Positions 48,623 to 58,483 are shown, counted from the first letter of the stretch. The stretch is DNA of 64,000 nucleotides from an uncultured Bacteroidia bacterium (GCA_903918045.1 CAIXCY010000082.1:63730-127729), one strand, 5' to 3'. Translations and numbers: made by a program. Notes: generated by a model from the letters alone, not told the origin.

Positions 48623-50518
48623 TTACTCCTCGAGGGTACTAAGGTCTCCCTCCGGCAAACCAAGTGCCCTGGCTTTCAGTACCCTTCGCATAATCTTTCC
48701 ACTTCTGGTTTTGGGAAGTGCTTCGGTAAAGGTAATCTCTTCCGGGCGGGCAATTGGACCAAGGTGCTCAACCATATGAAGGATCATTTCGTGTTCAAGC
48801 TCTTTTCCTGCGATATATCCCAAACGTAAAACCGCAACAATATGGATGCAGTTCCCTTTTAGAGCATGTGGAAGTGCAATCGCCGCCGCCTCGGCAATAG
48901 CCGGATGACTCGCCATAACACTCTCTATTTCAGCAGTTCCAAGACGATATCCACTTACTTTAATAACATCATCAGTTCGTCCTATAATACGGAAATACCC
49001 ATCTTTATCGATTTTAGCAGAGTCACCGGTAAGGTACCAGCCTTGTTTCTCATATTTCTTCCAGTAAGTTTCAACAAACCGTTGTGGATCACGATAAATC
49101 CCGGCAGTCATTCCGGGCCATGGGGTTTTTATAACAAGTGTTCCCTCTTCCCCTGGCTTTACGTTGTCTCCATGTTCGTCAACCACATCGATTACTGTAC
49201 CAAAGAATGGCTTTGTTGCGGACCCTGGTTTTAATGGTGTGATGGGTAAAGGGGTAATCATAAATCCACCCGTTTCGGTCTGCCACCACGTATCTATAAT
49301 CGGACATTTTTCGCGACCTACAACTTTGTAATACCATTTCCAGGCCTCCGGACTAATCGGTTCACCAACGGAGCCCAAAAGCCTCAACGAACTGATATCG
49401 TTACGGTTAGGCCAGGAGTCTCCAAATCGCATTAAACTCCGGATTGCTGTCGGTGAAGTATACAGGATATTGATTCCGTATTTTTCAACCATTTTCCACC
49501 AACGGTCAGGGTAGGGAAAATTTGGGGCGCCCTCGTACAACATAATGGTTGCTCCGTTTAACAATGGACCGTATACTATGTAACTGTGGCCGGTGATCCA
49601 TCCCGGATCGGCAGCACACCAGTAGCGATCTTCTGGTTTAATATCGAATACCATCCGGTGTGTGGTTGAGGTGTAGACACTAAATCCACCATGCGTATGA
49701 ACCAAGGCCTTTGGTTTACCGGTTGAACCCGAGGTATAAAGGAGGAATAACATTTCGGAAGAGTCCATTTGCTCAGTTTCACATTTATTTGAGGCAATAG
49801 GAAGCGCTAAAAGTTCGTGTAACCAGTAATCACGGCCATTTTCCATGTAAACATCAACGCCGGTTCTTTTTACAGTGATGCAAATTTCCATTGTAGGGGA
49901 CAATTCCATTGCCTTATTTACAACGCTCTTCATTTCAACTACTTTCCCACGGCGATAGCCCCCATCTGCAGTGATCACGATGCGGCTGTTTGCATCATTG
50001 ATCCGATCTGCCAATGCTTCATGACTAAAACCACCATAAACGACGCTGTGAACAGCTCCAATTTTCGAACAGGCAAGCATTGCAATAATTTGCTCTGGTA
50101 TTTGGGGCATATAAATTGTAATCACTTCACCCCTTTTGGCACCCATGCTTTTCAGAACATTGGCAAACTGACAAACTTCACGATTAAGTGCATGATAGGA
50201 AAAAGTTCTTACATCACCCGGCTCACCTTCCCAAATCAACGCAAGTTTATTCCGATTGGCATTTTCAAGATGACGATCGATCGCGTTGAGGACAATATTG
50301 GTTTTGCCTCCCTCAAACCATTTAAAGAAAGGAGCATTGCTCCGATCCAAAACCTGGTCCCATTTTTTGTACCAGGACAATTGTTCTGCCTGTTCCGACC
50401 AAAAAATCTCCGGATTCTCTATTGATCGCGCATACAATTGATCGTATTCCTTAATATTTGCCTGTTCAATAACCGCTTGAGAGGGGTAATAAATTTTCTC
50501 ATCATTCGTGTTTTCCAT
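48623..50518 (-). CDS. acs: Acetyl-CoA synthetase (AMP-forming)
   Basis: 'LLYTSGSTGKPKA' AMP-binding motif, 'YWCAADPGWITGHSY', C-terminal 'LPKTRSGKIMRR'. Confidence 0.9.
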   Translation of the reverse strand: MENTNDEKIYYPSQAVIEQANIKEYDQLYARSIENPEIFWSEQAEQLSWYKKWDQVLDRSNAPFFKWFEGGKTNIVLNAIDRHLENANRNKLALIWEGEPGDVRTFSYHALNREVCQFANVLKSMGAKRGEVITIYMPQIPEQIIAMLACSKIGAVHSVVYGGFSHEALADRINDANSRIVITADGGYRRGKVVEMKSVVNKAMELSPTMEICITVKRTGVDVYMENGRDYWLHELLALPIASNKCETEQMDSSEMLFLLYTSGSTGKPKALVHTHGGFSVYTSTTHRMVFDIKPEDRYWCAADPGWITGHSYIVYGPLLNGATIMLYEGAPNFPYPDRWWKMVEKYGINILYTSPTAIRSLMRFGDSWPNRNDISSLRLLGSVGEPISPEAWKWYYKVVGREKCPIIDTWWQTETGGFMITPLPITPLKPGSATKPFFGTVIDVVDEHGDNVKPGEEGTLVIKTPWPGMTAGIYRDPQRFVETYWKKYEKQGWYLTGDSAKIDKDGYFRIIGRTDDVIKVSGYRLGTAEIESVMASHPAIAEAAAIALPHALKGNCIHIVAVLRLGYIAGKELEHEMILHMVEHLGPIARPEEITFTEALPKTRSGKIMRRVLKARALGLPEGDLSTLEE

Positions 50519-50724
50519 AACGGGATGTTTGTTTTGTTTATGCAGAAATTTAATTTACAGTTTGGTATACAAATATGAACAATTTAAATGAAATTGCTTA
50601 TATCAGCTAAAAACAACTACAACTTAATAATGTTCTACATTTTCATTTTAAAAACTGACAAAATGGGTATAAATGCCAAAATTATTCTGCGCTGGGGAAA
50701 CATCACGATGGTTATATTCTGACG

Positions 50725-50782
50725 CCAATATTATAAAATGTAGGGAAGCACCGCGGTGCTTCCCTACATTTTATAATATTGG
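50725..50782. repeat. 58-bp perfect palindrome (probable bidirectional terminator)
   Basis: ccaatattataaaatgtagggaagcaccg|cggtgcttccctacattttataatattgg. Every position was checked as complementary. The centre is CCGCGG. Confidence 0.85.
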
Positions 50783-50813
50783 TTCTCAAAAACACAAAAA
50801 TCTCAAACTGAAA

Positions 50814-51909
50814 TTAATCCTCTCCTTCCGAAAATTCCATTAAAAATGCCTTTATAAAACCATCAATGTCACCATCCATAACTCCCTGTACATTTGATGA
50901 TTCAAATCCGGTCCTCACATCTTTGACCAATTTATAGGGTTGCATGGTATAAGAGCGAATCTGAGACCCCCACTCTATTTTTTTCTTGCCTGCCTCAATT
51001 TTGGTTACCGCTTCATGACGCCTCTGAAGTTCAAGAGCATATAGCTGAGATTTAAGCAGCCTTATTGCATTCTCTTTATTCTGCAATTGTGAACGTGACT
51101 CTGTATTTTCAATGATAATACCTGAAGGTGCATGTTTGAGCCTCACACCGGTCTCCACCTTATTTACATTTTGCCCCCCTGCCCCTCCGGAACGGAACGT
51201 ATCCCACGAAATATCACCCGGATTTACATCAATGATGATTGTATCGTCAACGAGTGGGGCAACGAAAACCGAAGTAAATGAGGTTTGCCTTTTCCCCTGG
51301 GCATTAAACGGCGAGATACGAACCAAACGATGTACACCATTTTCGCTTTTGAGATACCCGTAGGCAAATTCACCATCAATCTCAATGGTGACACTTTTTA
51401 CACCAACATCTTCACCAGGGACAAAACTGGCCTCGCGGACTTTGTATTTATGCTTCTCAGCCCATCGCAGGTACATTCGCATCAGCATATCGGCCCAGTC
51501 ATTCGATTCCGTACCGCCGGCGCCGGCATTGATTTTCAAAACTGCTCCAAGCCGATCCTCTTCGCGGCGAAGCATATTTTTGGTTTCAAGATCTTCAATC
51601 AAACCCCTCGCCTCAAGAAATTGCTCTTCAAGTTCATCTTCGGTTATTTCACCGGCTTCACTATAATCAAACATGATCTGCAAATCCTCTATGGCCTGAT
51701 CAACAGCTTTAAATCCGTCAGTCCATTGTTTGACTGAACGGATCACAAACATTTGCTTCTCAGCTTCTTTGGGATTATCCCAGAATTTGGGATCCTGAGT
51801 TTTTAATTCTTCTTCCTCTAAACGGATTAATTTATTATCGACGTCAAAGAAACCTCCTCAGCGCATCCCGGCGCTCAACAAGCTCTTTTAGCTGTTCCTT
51901 TAGGATCAT
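50814..51909 (-). CDS. prfB: Peptide chain release factor 2, requiring a programmed +1 frameshift
   Basis: ORF0 is 51909..51847 (MILKEQLKELVERRDALRRFL) and ends at an in-frame TGA (51846..51844). The +1 frame continues DVDNKLIRLEEEELKTQDPKFWDNP... into the listed ORF, which carries 'SPF' and 'GGQ' motifs. Confidence 0.9.
51843..51862 (-). other. prfB +1 frameshift site
   Basis: The minus strand reads GAGGAGGTTTCTTTGAC: an SD-like AGGAGG followed by the slippery CTT TGA C, the same architecture as E. coli prfB. Confidence 0.85.
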
Positions 51910-52106
51910 TATGATTGTTTTTTAAATTAAGGTGCAAAGGTAGGAATAATGGGGGAATGTGCTAATGAGAAAATTTGGCAATTCGATAATTCGGCAATTA
52001 GACTATTAGGTAATTACTTGAAATTTACTGTTGAAGGATGAATCAGTTTTTAATCGGATATTTTGCAATTTGCACCTTCTATTTTAAATTCTTCATTTTT
52101 AATTCT

Positions 52107-52592
52107 TCATTCCTCATCTCCTTCACTACCAATAATTTGCCCTGAAATCTGGAACGCCAGTTCAGCCTCAAAACCATGGCTTTGCGCAAAAACGGCAAGT
52201 TTTCCCTTTCGTTCATATCCTGTTGCCCCTTTGACCGACCTGGCCTTACCTTTGAGTAAGTCAGATAGAATTTTCCGGTAAAATTCATCTTCAATGTGAC
52301 TGAGACCGGAACGGATTAACTCCTCCGGAATCTGTTTTTGCCGGAGCATAAAGAATAGCTTAATCTTTCCCCACTTATTAAACCGCAGTTTGTCATTGAT
52401 ATAGAAATCAACAAATCGCTGCTCATTCAAAAACCGCTCTTTGATCAGGTAATCTATCGCCTTTGAAATCTCCTCTTCAGAAAGCTCCCAAACCCTTAGT
52501 TTTGCCACTACATCAAAGCGACAACGTTCCGACTGACTGCACATCGCCATTGCCTTTGTAAGTGCCTGGCGATAATTTACATTACCCTCCAT
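52107..52592 (-). CDS. recX: RecX-family regulatory protein
   Basis: 161 aa helical-repeat protein. 'YRQALTKAMAMCSQSERCRFDVVAKL' fits the RecX N-terminal repeat pattern. Confidence 0.7.
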   Translation of the reverse strand: MEGNVNYRQALTKAMAMCSQSERCRFDVVAKLRVWELSEEEISKAIDYLIKERFLNEQRFVDFYINDKLRFNKWGKIKLFFMLRQKQIPEELIRSGLSHIEDEFYRKILSDLLKGKARSVKGATGYERKGKLAVFAQSHGFEAELAFQISGQIIGSEGDEE

Positions 52593-52699
52593 TCTAAAAA
52601 AACAACTAATTTATTGCAAAGATAAGTGATCTTAGCTGGAATCATTCTGTATTATTTTGCATCCCTAAATTGTTACTTATTTTTAATTCTTTTGTTAAA

Positions 52700-52815
52700 G
52701 TTTTCTCCGAGTTTATCGTTCTAACTGTTCGGGCATATGAATTATAAACCGATGGGTATTAATGGAAACGTTAATGCCTCCCGAAGGAATAATTTCCTCA
52801 ATTTGGAAAGGAGAT
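52700..52815 (+). promoter_or_regulatory. Candidate molybdenum cofactor (Moco) riboswitch
   Basis: 5' 'UCUCCGAG' (52703-52711) and 3' 'GCCUCCCGA...UGGAAAGGAGA' (to 52813) match, from memory, the conserved Moco-motif elements (E. coli moaA leader '...GCCUCCCG...CUGGAAAGGUG'). UCUCC/GGAGA can close P1, with internal hairpins gggcat/atgcc and aggaa/ttcct. Confidence 0.55.
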
Positions 52816-52906
52816 ACAGTTTATATTCAACATCCGGCAGGAAATCAACCGGCGCTAACTGTTGTATCCAGGTTTCTTTGGGAACTGAGAAAGAAATATT
52901 CAAAAT

Positions 52907-53632
52907 ATGGAATATCTGTTTCTTTTATCCCTTTTTGTCATTGCCTTCCTCTATTCGTCCGTTGGGCATGGAGGAGGAACAGGATATCTGGCCCTCCTGG
53001 CCCTTTGGGGGATCGCACCGTTACTCATCAAACCGACCGCCTTAACACTTAACGTTTTTGTCTCAGCCATCGCCTTTTACAGCTATTATAAGGCCGGATA
53101 TTTCAAATGGAAACTGATATTTCCATTTCTGATCTCCTCTATTCCTTGTGCATATCTGGGTGCCTTAACCAGGGTAAATCCATCGACCTATAAAATCATA
53201 CTTGGCATATTTCTTCTTATTGCAATCGGACGAATGCTATTGATATCCAATGCAATAACTGAAAAATCAATAAAAATGCCTTTTATCCCCGCAGTGGTAA
53301 TTGGCGCTCTGCTCGGATTCTTCTCCGGAATGATCGGTATTGGAGGGGGAATAATTTTAAGCCCGATAATCATCTTATTCCACTGGGCCAATGTAAAGGA
53401 ATCAGCAGCCGCATCTGCACTATTTATTTTTCTGAATTCCCTTTCGGGGTTATCGGCACTTGTAAGCGGTGGATTTAAATTTGATCAACATCTGTTAATC
53501 TGGATTACAGTGGGCATTATCGGTGGAATTGCAGGCTCATATATTGGAAGTTTCAGACTAAAACCGAATAAATTAAAGTTTGTGCTTGCTGCCGTTTTAT
53601 TGCTCGCAAGTATTAAACTCATTATTTTTTAA
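52907..53632 (+). CDS. TauE/SafE (TSUP) family anion permease
   Basis: 241 aa, 7-8 TM helices. 'SSVGHGGGTGYLALL' and 'GMIGIGGGIILSP' are the duplicated TSUP Gly-rich motifs. Confidence 0.8.
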   Translation: MEYLFLLSLFVIAFLYSSVGHGGGTGYLALLALWGIAPLLIKPTALTLNVFVSAIAFYSYYKAGYFKWKLIFPFLISSIPCAYLGALTRVNPSTYKIILGIFLLIAIGRMLLISNAITEKSIKMPFIPAVVIGALLGFFSGMIGIGGGIILSPIIILFHWANVKESAAASALFIFLNSLSGLSALVSGGFKFDQHLLIWITVGIIGGIAGSYIGSFRLKPNKLKFVLAAVLLLASIKLIIF

Positions 53633-53633
53633 G

Positions 53634-54182
53634 ATGAATGATTTAAAACTGCCTCATCTTCTTCTTGTTGCCGGAACAGGTCGAAATACGGGAAAGACAA
53701 CCCTTGTCTGTAATATAATTCGAAATTTCTCCTCTTCACAATCTATAATCGCAGTTAAAATCACCCCTCATTTTCATAAAAATATCGAAAGTGGGAGGGT
53801 TTTAATCAATACAGAAAACCTGTATCTCGCCGAAGAAACCAATCATGCAACCGGAAAAGACAGCTCTCGCATGCTTCAAGCCGGGGCAAGTCGCGCCTAC
53901 TTTGTAATGGCAAAGGATGAAAATCTGGAGGAAGCTTTCCTGCAGATCAAAAAATCAATTCCAGACGATTCATTAATAATTTGTGAATCAGGGGGATTGC
54001 GATTTTATATCGAGCCCGGGCTATTTTTTATGATGAATAAAAAGATACCGGAAGCCATTAAACCTTCAGCTGAAAAATTAATATTCCTTGCCGATCGGGT
54101 AATTATCTTCGATGGTGAAAAGATCGATTTCAATCCCGATTCAATAAGGATCCGGGATAATCAATGGGCTTTAAAACATTAA
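53634..54182 (+). CDS. mobB: MobB-like P-loop protein (molybdopterin-guanine dinucleotide biosynthesis adapter)
   Basis: 'VAGTGRNTGKTTL' P-loop, 'KITPHFH', 'GKDSSRMLQAGA' and 'LIICESGG' parallel the E. coli MobB blocks. The ATG is 1 nt after the upstream stop. Confidence 0.6.
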   Translation: MNDLKLPHLLLVAGTGRNTGKTTLVCNIIRNFSSSQSIIAVKITPHFHKNIESGRVLINTENLYLAEETNHATGKDSSRMLQAGASRAYFVMAKDENLEEAFLQIKKSIPDDSLIICESGGLRFYIEPGLFFMMNKKIPEAIKPSAEKLIFLADRVIIFDGEKIDFNPDSIRIRDNQWALKH

Positions 54183-54187
54183 AAACA

Positions 54188-55363
54188 ATGATATCCTTTG
54201 AAGAAGCTATTCAGATAACAAATGGTTTTGCACTCCCTTTCCGGAGGGAGCATGTTGATTTATTAGATGCATTAAACAGGACGCTTGCCGAGGATATCAT
54301 TTCGGATATTGCAATGCCACCTTTCAATAAATCGGCGATGGACGGGTATGCCTGCCGAAAATCGGATCTAAAGAACATTTTGCACATTATTGAAGAGATT
54401 GGCGCCGGAGCTATCCCGCAAAAAACTATCGGTGAAAACCAGTGTGCACGTATTATGACAGGAGCAAAGGTTCCGGAGGGTGCAGATATTGTAATAATGA
54501 AGGAGGATGTGGAAGAAACAGGCTCTGAGAGGATCCGTTTAATAACAGAAAACTTGCGGACTAACATCTGTTATGAAGGGGAAGATGTCAGGTTTGGTGA
54601 CCTTGTTTTAAGAAAGGGAGATCTGATATTACCAGCACAAATTGCTATTCTGGCTTCGGTAGGATGTACCAATCCATTGGTTTATGCTGTACCTTCAGTT
54701 TCAATAATTTCTACTGGTAACGAGCTGGTTGAGCCGGATCAAAACCCGGGGATCGCAAAAATCAGGAACAGTAATAGTTATCAGCTGGCAGCTCAGGTTC
54801 AGCAATTGGGAATCACGCCTGTTTACCTTGGAATTATAAGGGATGAAGAGCAAAATTTATTGGACGTGCTTACCTCTGCAATCGGGAAATATGATATTAC
54901 AATCATCTCAGGTGGTGTTTCTGTGGGTGATTTTGACTTTGTTCCAAAAATTCTAAAATCGTTAAATGTGAACATCCGGGTTCACGGGATGAATGTACGA
55001 CCCGGGAAGCACCTCCTCTTCGGCGAAAAGGAAAACCATTTTATTTTTGGCATGCCGGGCAATCCGGTCTCTTCCTTTGTCCAGTTCGAAGTTCTGGTCC
55101 GCCCGTTTATCAATACCCTGCTGGGAAAGACTAAAGCGGAAACGTTTCTCTACCTTCCAATTGAAGAGGAGTATATTCGAAAAAAAGGAGATCTGCTTAT
55201 CTTTGTTCCGGTTACATTAACACGCAAAGGTACGGTGTTGCCTCTCGAATATCATGGATCGGCACATATTCATGCCTACAGCCTTGCTCAGGGAATCATG
55301 GAAATCCCACAAGGAATTTCAACCATAAAAAAAGGAGAAACCGTTCGTGTACGACCGCTATAA
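54188..55363 (+). CDS. moeA: Molybdopterin molybdenumtransferase
   Basis: 'PPFNKSAMDGYA', 'RIMTGAKVPEGAD', 'ISGGVSVGDFDFV', 'PGNPVSSFV'. Confidence 0.85.
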   Translation: MISFEEAIQITNGFALPFRREHVDLLDALNRTLAEDIISDIAMPPFNKSAMDGYACRKSDLKNILHIIEEIGAGAIPQKTIGENQCARIMTGAKVPEGADIVIMKEDVEETGSERIRLITENLRTNICYEGEDVRFGDLVLRKGDLILPAQIAILASVGCTNPLVYAVPSVSIISTGNELVEPDQNPGIAKIRNSNSYQLAAQVQQLGITPVYLGIIRDEEQNLLDVLTSAIGKYDITIISGGVSVGDFDFVPKILKSLNVNIRVHGMNVRPGKHLLFGEKENHFIFGMPGNPVSSFVQFEVLVRPFINTLLGKTKAETFLYLPIEEEYIRKKGDLLIFVPVTLTRKGTVLPLEYHGSAHIHAYSLAQGIMEIPQGISTIKKGETVRVRPL

Positions 55364-56147
55364 CCGACATATCAATTACCTGAGAATCTCAGTGACCGAC
55401 CGGTGTAATCTGCGGTGCAAATATTGCATGCCAGAGGAGGGAGTCACACTGATGAATCATTGCGATATCCTTTCCTTTGAGGAGATTACGGAGGTTGTCA
55501 GGGTAGCCGTCACTCTTGGTATTGATAAATTCCGTATCACCGGAGGAGAACCATTGGTTCGAAAGGATATCGTGACACTAATCTCGAAGATTGCGTCAGT
55601 CGATGGCATCAAAGACCTTTCAATGACCACAAACGGAATGTTGCTTGATGAACTCGCCCTACCGCTAAAAGAAGCCGGTTTAAAACGGGTGAATATTAGT
55701 TTGGATACAACAAACAGGGATAAATTTAAATCGATTACCCGCGGCGGAGATATATCCAGCGTACTCAGAGGAATTGAAGCTGCGAAACGGGCTGGTCTGA
55801 AACCCATAAAGATTAATTGTGTGGTCTTTAAGTCATCCGAAGAGGACGATGCACAGGAGGTCAAAGAATTTTGCAGGATCAACAACCTTCAGGTGCGATT
55901 TATTCACCAGATGAATCTTGAGACGGGCGAATTTTCTGTTGTAGAGGGCGGCGAAGGGGGTAATTGCCAAATATGCAACCGTTTAAGACTGACCGCAAAT
56001 GGGATGGTTAAGCCTTGCCTCTTCGATGAAAGTGAATTTTCGGTCAGGGAATTGGGCGCTCAAAAAGCCTTATTAACTGCATTAAATATCAAGCCGTTAA
56101 ATGGATGTCTGAATACCAAAGGAAGTTTTTATAATATTGGAGGATAA
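55347..56147 (+). CDS. moaA: GTP 3',8-cyclase (radical SAM), compact form
   Basis: '[18 protein letters not shown]' CxxxCxxC motif, second cluster '[20 protein letters not shown]', C-terminal '..NIGG'. GTG start. Confidence 0.85.
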   Translation: MYDRYNRHINYLRISVTDRCNLRCKYCMPEEGVTLMNHCDILSFEEITEVVRVAVTLGIDKFRITGGEPLVRKDIVTLISKIASVDGIKDLSMTTNGMLLDELALPLKEAGLKRVNISLDTTNRDKFKSITRGGDISSVLRGIEAAKRAGLKPIKINCVVFKSSEEDDAQEVKEFCRINNLQVRFIHQMNLETGEFSVVEGGEGGNCQICNRLRLTANGMVKPCLFDESEFSVRELGAQKALLTALNIKPLNGCLNTKGSFYNIGG

Positions 56148-56152
56148 TAAAA

Positions 56153-56611
56153 ATGAAAACACTAACACATACCGATTCAGAGGGGAATGCCCGGATGGTA
56201 GATGTCGGGGATAAAGCGGTTCAATTACGGATTGCCAAAGCCTCTGGAATCATTCACCTTTCACCGGACACCTTAAATCTTATTTCACAGAACCTTATGA
56301 AAAAGGGGGATGTCCTCACGGTTGCAGAAATTGCAGGAATTCAGGCTGCCAAAAGGACTTCGGAGCTTATTCCGTTATGCCACAATATCTTATTAAACAA
56401 AGTGCTTGTGAAGGCAGAAATCACAGATTCAGGCGTTTCTATTTACAGTGAAGTGAGATGTACCGGGACAACCGGTGTTGAGATGGAGGCCCTGACCGCT
56501 GTAAGTATTGCTCTTTTAACAATTTACGATATGTGCAAGGCTGTCGATAAAACGATGGTGATTGAAGCAGTAAAACTGATTGAAAAAACCAAAACCAACA
56601 TTCCCTGTTAA
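56153..56611 (+). CDS. moaC: Cyclic pyranopterin monophosphate synthase
   Basis: 'ARMVDVGDK', 'IPLCHNI', 'GVEMEALTA', '[10 protein letters not shown]'. Confidence 0.9.
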   Translation: MKTLTHTDSEGNARMVDVGDKAVQLRIAKASGIIHLSPDTLNLISQNLMKKGDVLTVAEIAGIQAAKRTSELIPLCHNILLNKVLVKAEITDSGVSIYSEVRCTGTTGVEMEALTAVSIALLTIYDMCKAVDKTMVIEAVKLIEKTKTNIPC

Positions 56612-56612
56612 G

Positions 56613-57545
56613 ATGGAAAAGATAAAGGTATTGTCGGTGAACATCTCCGAAAAGAAAGGGACAATCAAAGTTCCTGTCGATAAAATTTCACTTTCGGATA
56701 TTGGGATTGAGGGGGATGCCCATTCGGGAAAATGGCACAGGCAGGTAAGTCTGCTTGGCAAAGAAAGTATTAATAAAGCGGAACAGGAAATCGGACGAAA
56801 ACTGACCTCTGGCGAATTTGCCGAAAATATAACGACAGAAGGGTTCCCACTCTATCAGATGAAACCGTTCGACCGGTTAGTTTGCGGAAATCTACTCCTC
56901 GAAGTTACCCAGATCGGGAAAAAATGCCATGGGACAAACTGCGCCATATACCAGGAAACCGGCAATTGCGTGATGCCAAAAGAGGGGATTTTCTGTCGGG
57001 TCCTTCATGGCGGCGACCTTCAGGCAGGTGCTGTCTTTGATTATCACCCGAGATTAATTAAGGTACACATTATCACCCTAAGTGACCGGGCAAGCCAGGG
57101 GATCTACGAGGATAAAAGCGGCCCATTACTGAAAAAATTATCTGAGGAGTTCTTTTTATCCGTCGGAAGGAAGGTTGAAGTTGAAAATTCAGTGATTCCG
57201 GATGATGAACACATGTTAAAATCCCTGATTGAATCATTAATCAAAAGGAATATTGATATTCTGTTCACCACCGGCGGTACCGGAATTGGTCCGCGAGACA
57301 TCACCCCTGACGTAATTAAGGAGCTGCTCGATAAAGAGATCCCCGGCATTATGGAGATGATACGGATGAAATACGGGATGCAATTCCCCAATGCCCTCAT
57401 AAGCCGAAGTATTGCAGGTGTGGCCGGCAAAACCTTGATCTATGTTTTACCGGGTAATCCCAAAGCTGTTAAAGAATATTCCGACGAGATCTTCAAAACG
57501 GTGGAACACTCCTTCAGGATGCTTTATAATATCGATGAACATTGA
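56613..57545 (+). CDS. MOSC domain fused to a MogA/MoaB-type molybdopterin adenylyltransferase domain
   Basis: The N-terminal ~140 aa are MOSC-like ('GIEGDAHSG..HRQVSLL', 'GEFAENITTEG'). The C-terminal part has 'ITLSDRAS', 'TTGGTGIGPRDITPD' and 'LPGNPKAV' (MogA/MoaB). Confidence 0.75.
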   Translation: MEKIKVLSVNISEKKGTIKVPVDKISLSDIGIEGDAHSGKWHRQVSLLGKESINKAEQEIGRKLTSGEFAENITTEGFPLYQMKPFDRLVCGNLLLEVTQIGKKCHGTNCAIYQETGNCVMPKEGIFCRVLHGGDLQAGAVFDYHPRLIKVHIITLSDRASQGIYEDKSGPLLKKLSEEFFLSVGRKVEVENSVIPDDEHMLKSLIESLIKRNIDILFTTGGTGIGPRDITPDVIKELLDKEIPGIMEMIRMKYGMQFPNALISRSIAGVAGKTLIYVLPGNPKAVKEYSDEIFKTVEHSFRMLYNIDEH

Positions 57546-57868
57546 GGGGGACGGAGGTGTTTAGGCTGCTAGACTATTCGGCTATTTGGCGAAAGGCCAC
57601 CAAGTATCTGTCTACCACCTGCTTTCTATAAGGAAGCTAATTGTCGATTGACTGATTATCATATATTTAAATATTGCAAGGCAGGTTGTTCACCGGAAAA
57701 CAATTACATGATAGAATCATACAATTATTCTACTTTATTTTACCTTTGACACCTTAGTACCCGACGAACCTCCTTCAAACCCTAACCTTATTTTAATTGA
57801 CAAATATTCTTTCAAACAAAAAAACGAAATCCCCTGGTGAGCTTAACTTTCTATTATTATAAATAAAG

Positions 57869-58453
57869 ATGACCACGCCTAAAATTACCGGAATAGTCCT
57901 CGCTGGTGGACGAAGCAGCAGAATGGGAGAAGACAAATCATTGATGAGACTGAACGGAAAAACACTCATCGAATATTCAATCGATGCCCTGAGGCCGATT
58001 TGCGAGAAAGTTATCATCAGCTCAAATAATCCCAATTACGATTTCACCGGATGTGAAGTTTGGCCTGACGAGTTGCCTGATCAGGCACCAATTATTGGAA
58101 TTTATTCCTGCCTTAAACGATCGGAAACTGAACTCAATATTATTTTATCCTGCGATATACCCCTGATGAGTGCTTCAATGATCGGGTTTCTTCTTGCAAA
58201 ATCAGCTGATTATGATATTACAGTCCCGGTTCATGATAACGGACAAATAGAACCCCTTTGTGGCGTCTACAAAAAATCATCGCTGGCAATTTTAAAGGAG
58301 TTTATCGAAAGTGGAAACTTTCGTCTGAATGATTGCATCCGATCGGCATCGTATCAATTCATTCCAGTTGATGCGCAAATCCCGTGCAATACGCCAAATC
58401 TATTCCTAAACATCAATACACCTTCCGATTTTGGGTATTTATTATCGGAATAA
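57869..58453 (+). CDS. mobA: Molybdenum cofactor guanylyltransferase
   Basis: 'GIVLAGGRSSRMGEDK' and 'SCDIPLM'. Confidence 0.85.
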   Translation: MTTPKITGIVLAGGRSSRMGEDKSLMRLNGKTLIEYSIDALRPICEKVIISSNNPNYDFTGCEVWPDELPDQAPIIGIYSCLKRSETELNIILSCDIPLMSASMIGFLLAKSADYDITVPVHDNGQIEPLCGVYKKSSLAILKEFIESGNFRLNDCIRSASYQFIPVDAQIPCNTPNLFLNINTPSDFGYLLSE

Positions 58454-58483
58454 TAAAACGAATATATTAAAAATGCGTTTGTT

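Noticed and set aside
52737-53052. ORFs of 102 and 96 aa overlapping the riboswitch candidate and the start of the TauE/SafE gene
   Set aside because: They overlap each other and the well-supported permease frame. Their sequence is better explained by the RNA element and by the out-of-frame permease N terminus.
57546-57868. Second Moco riboswitch or small gene in the 323-nt gap before mobA
   Set aside because: Neither the CUCCGAG nor the GGAAAGG elements appear on either strand, and there is no ORF of useful length. A weak GGAGGTG...CCACCTGC pairing is not sufficient. It is left as an unexplained spacer.
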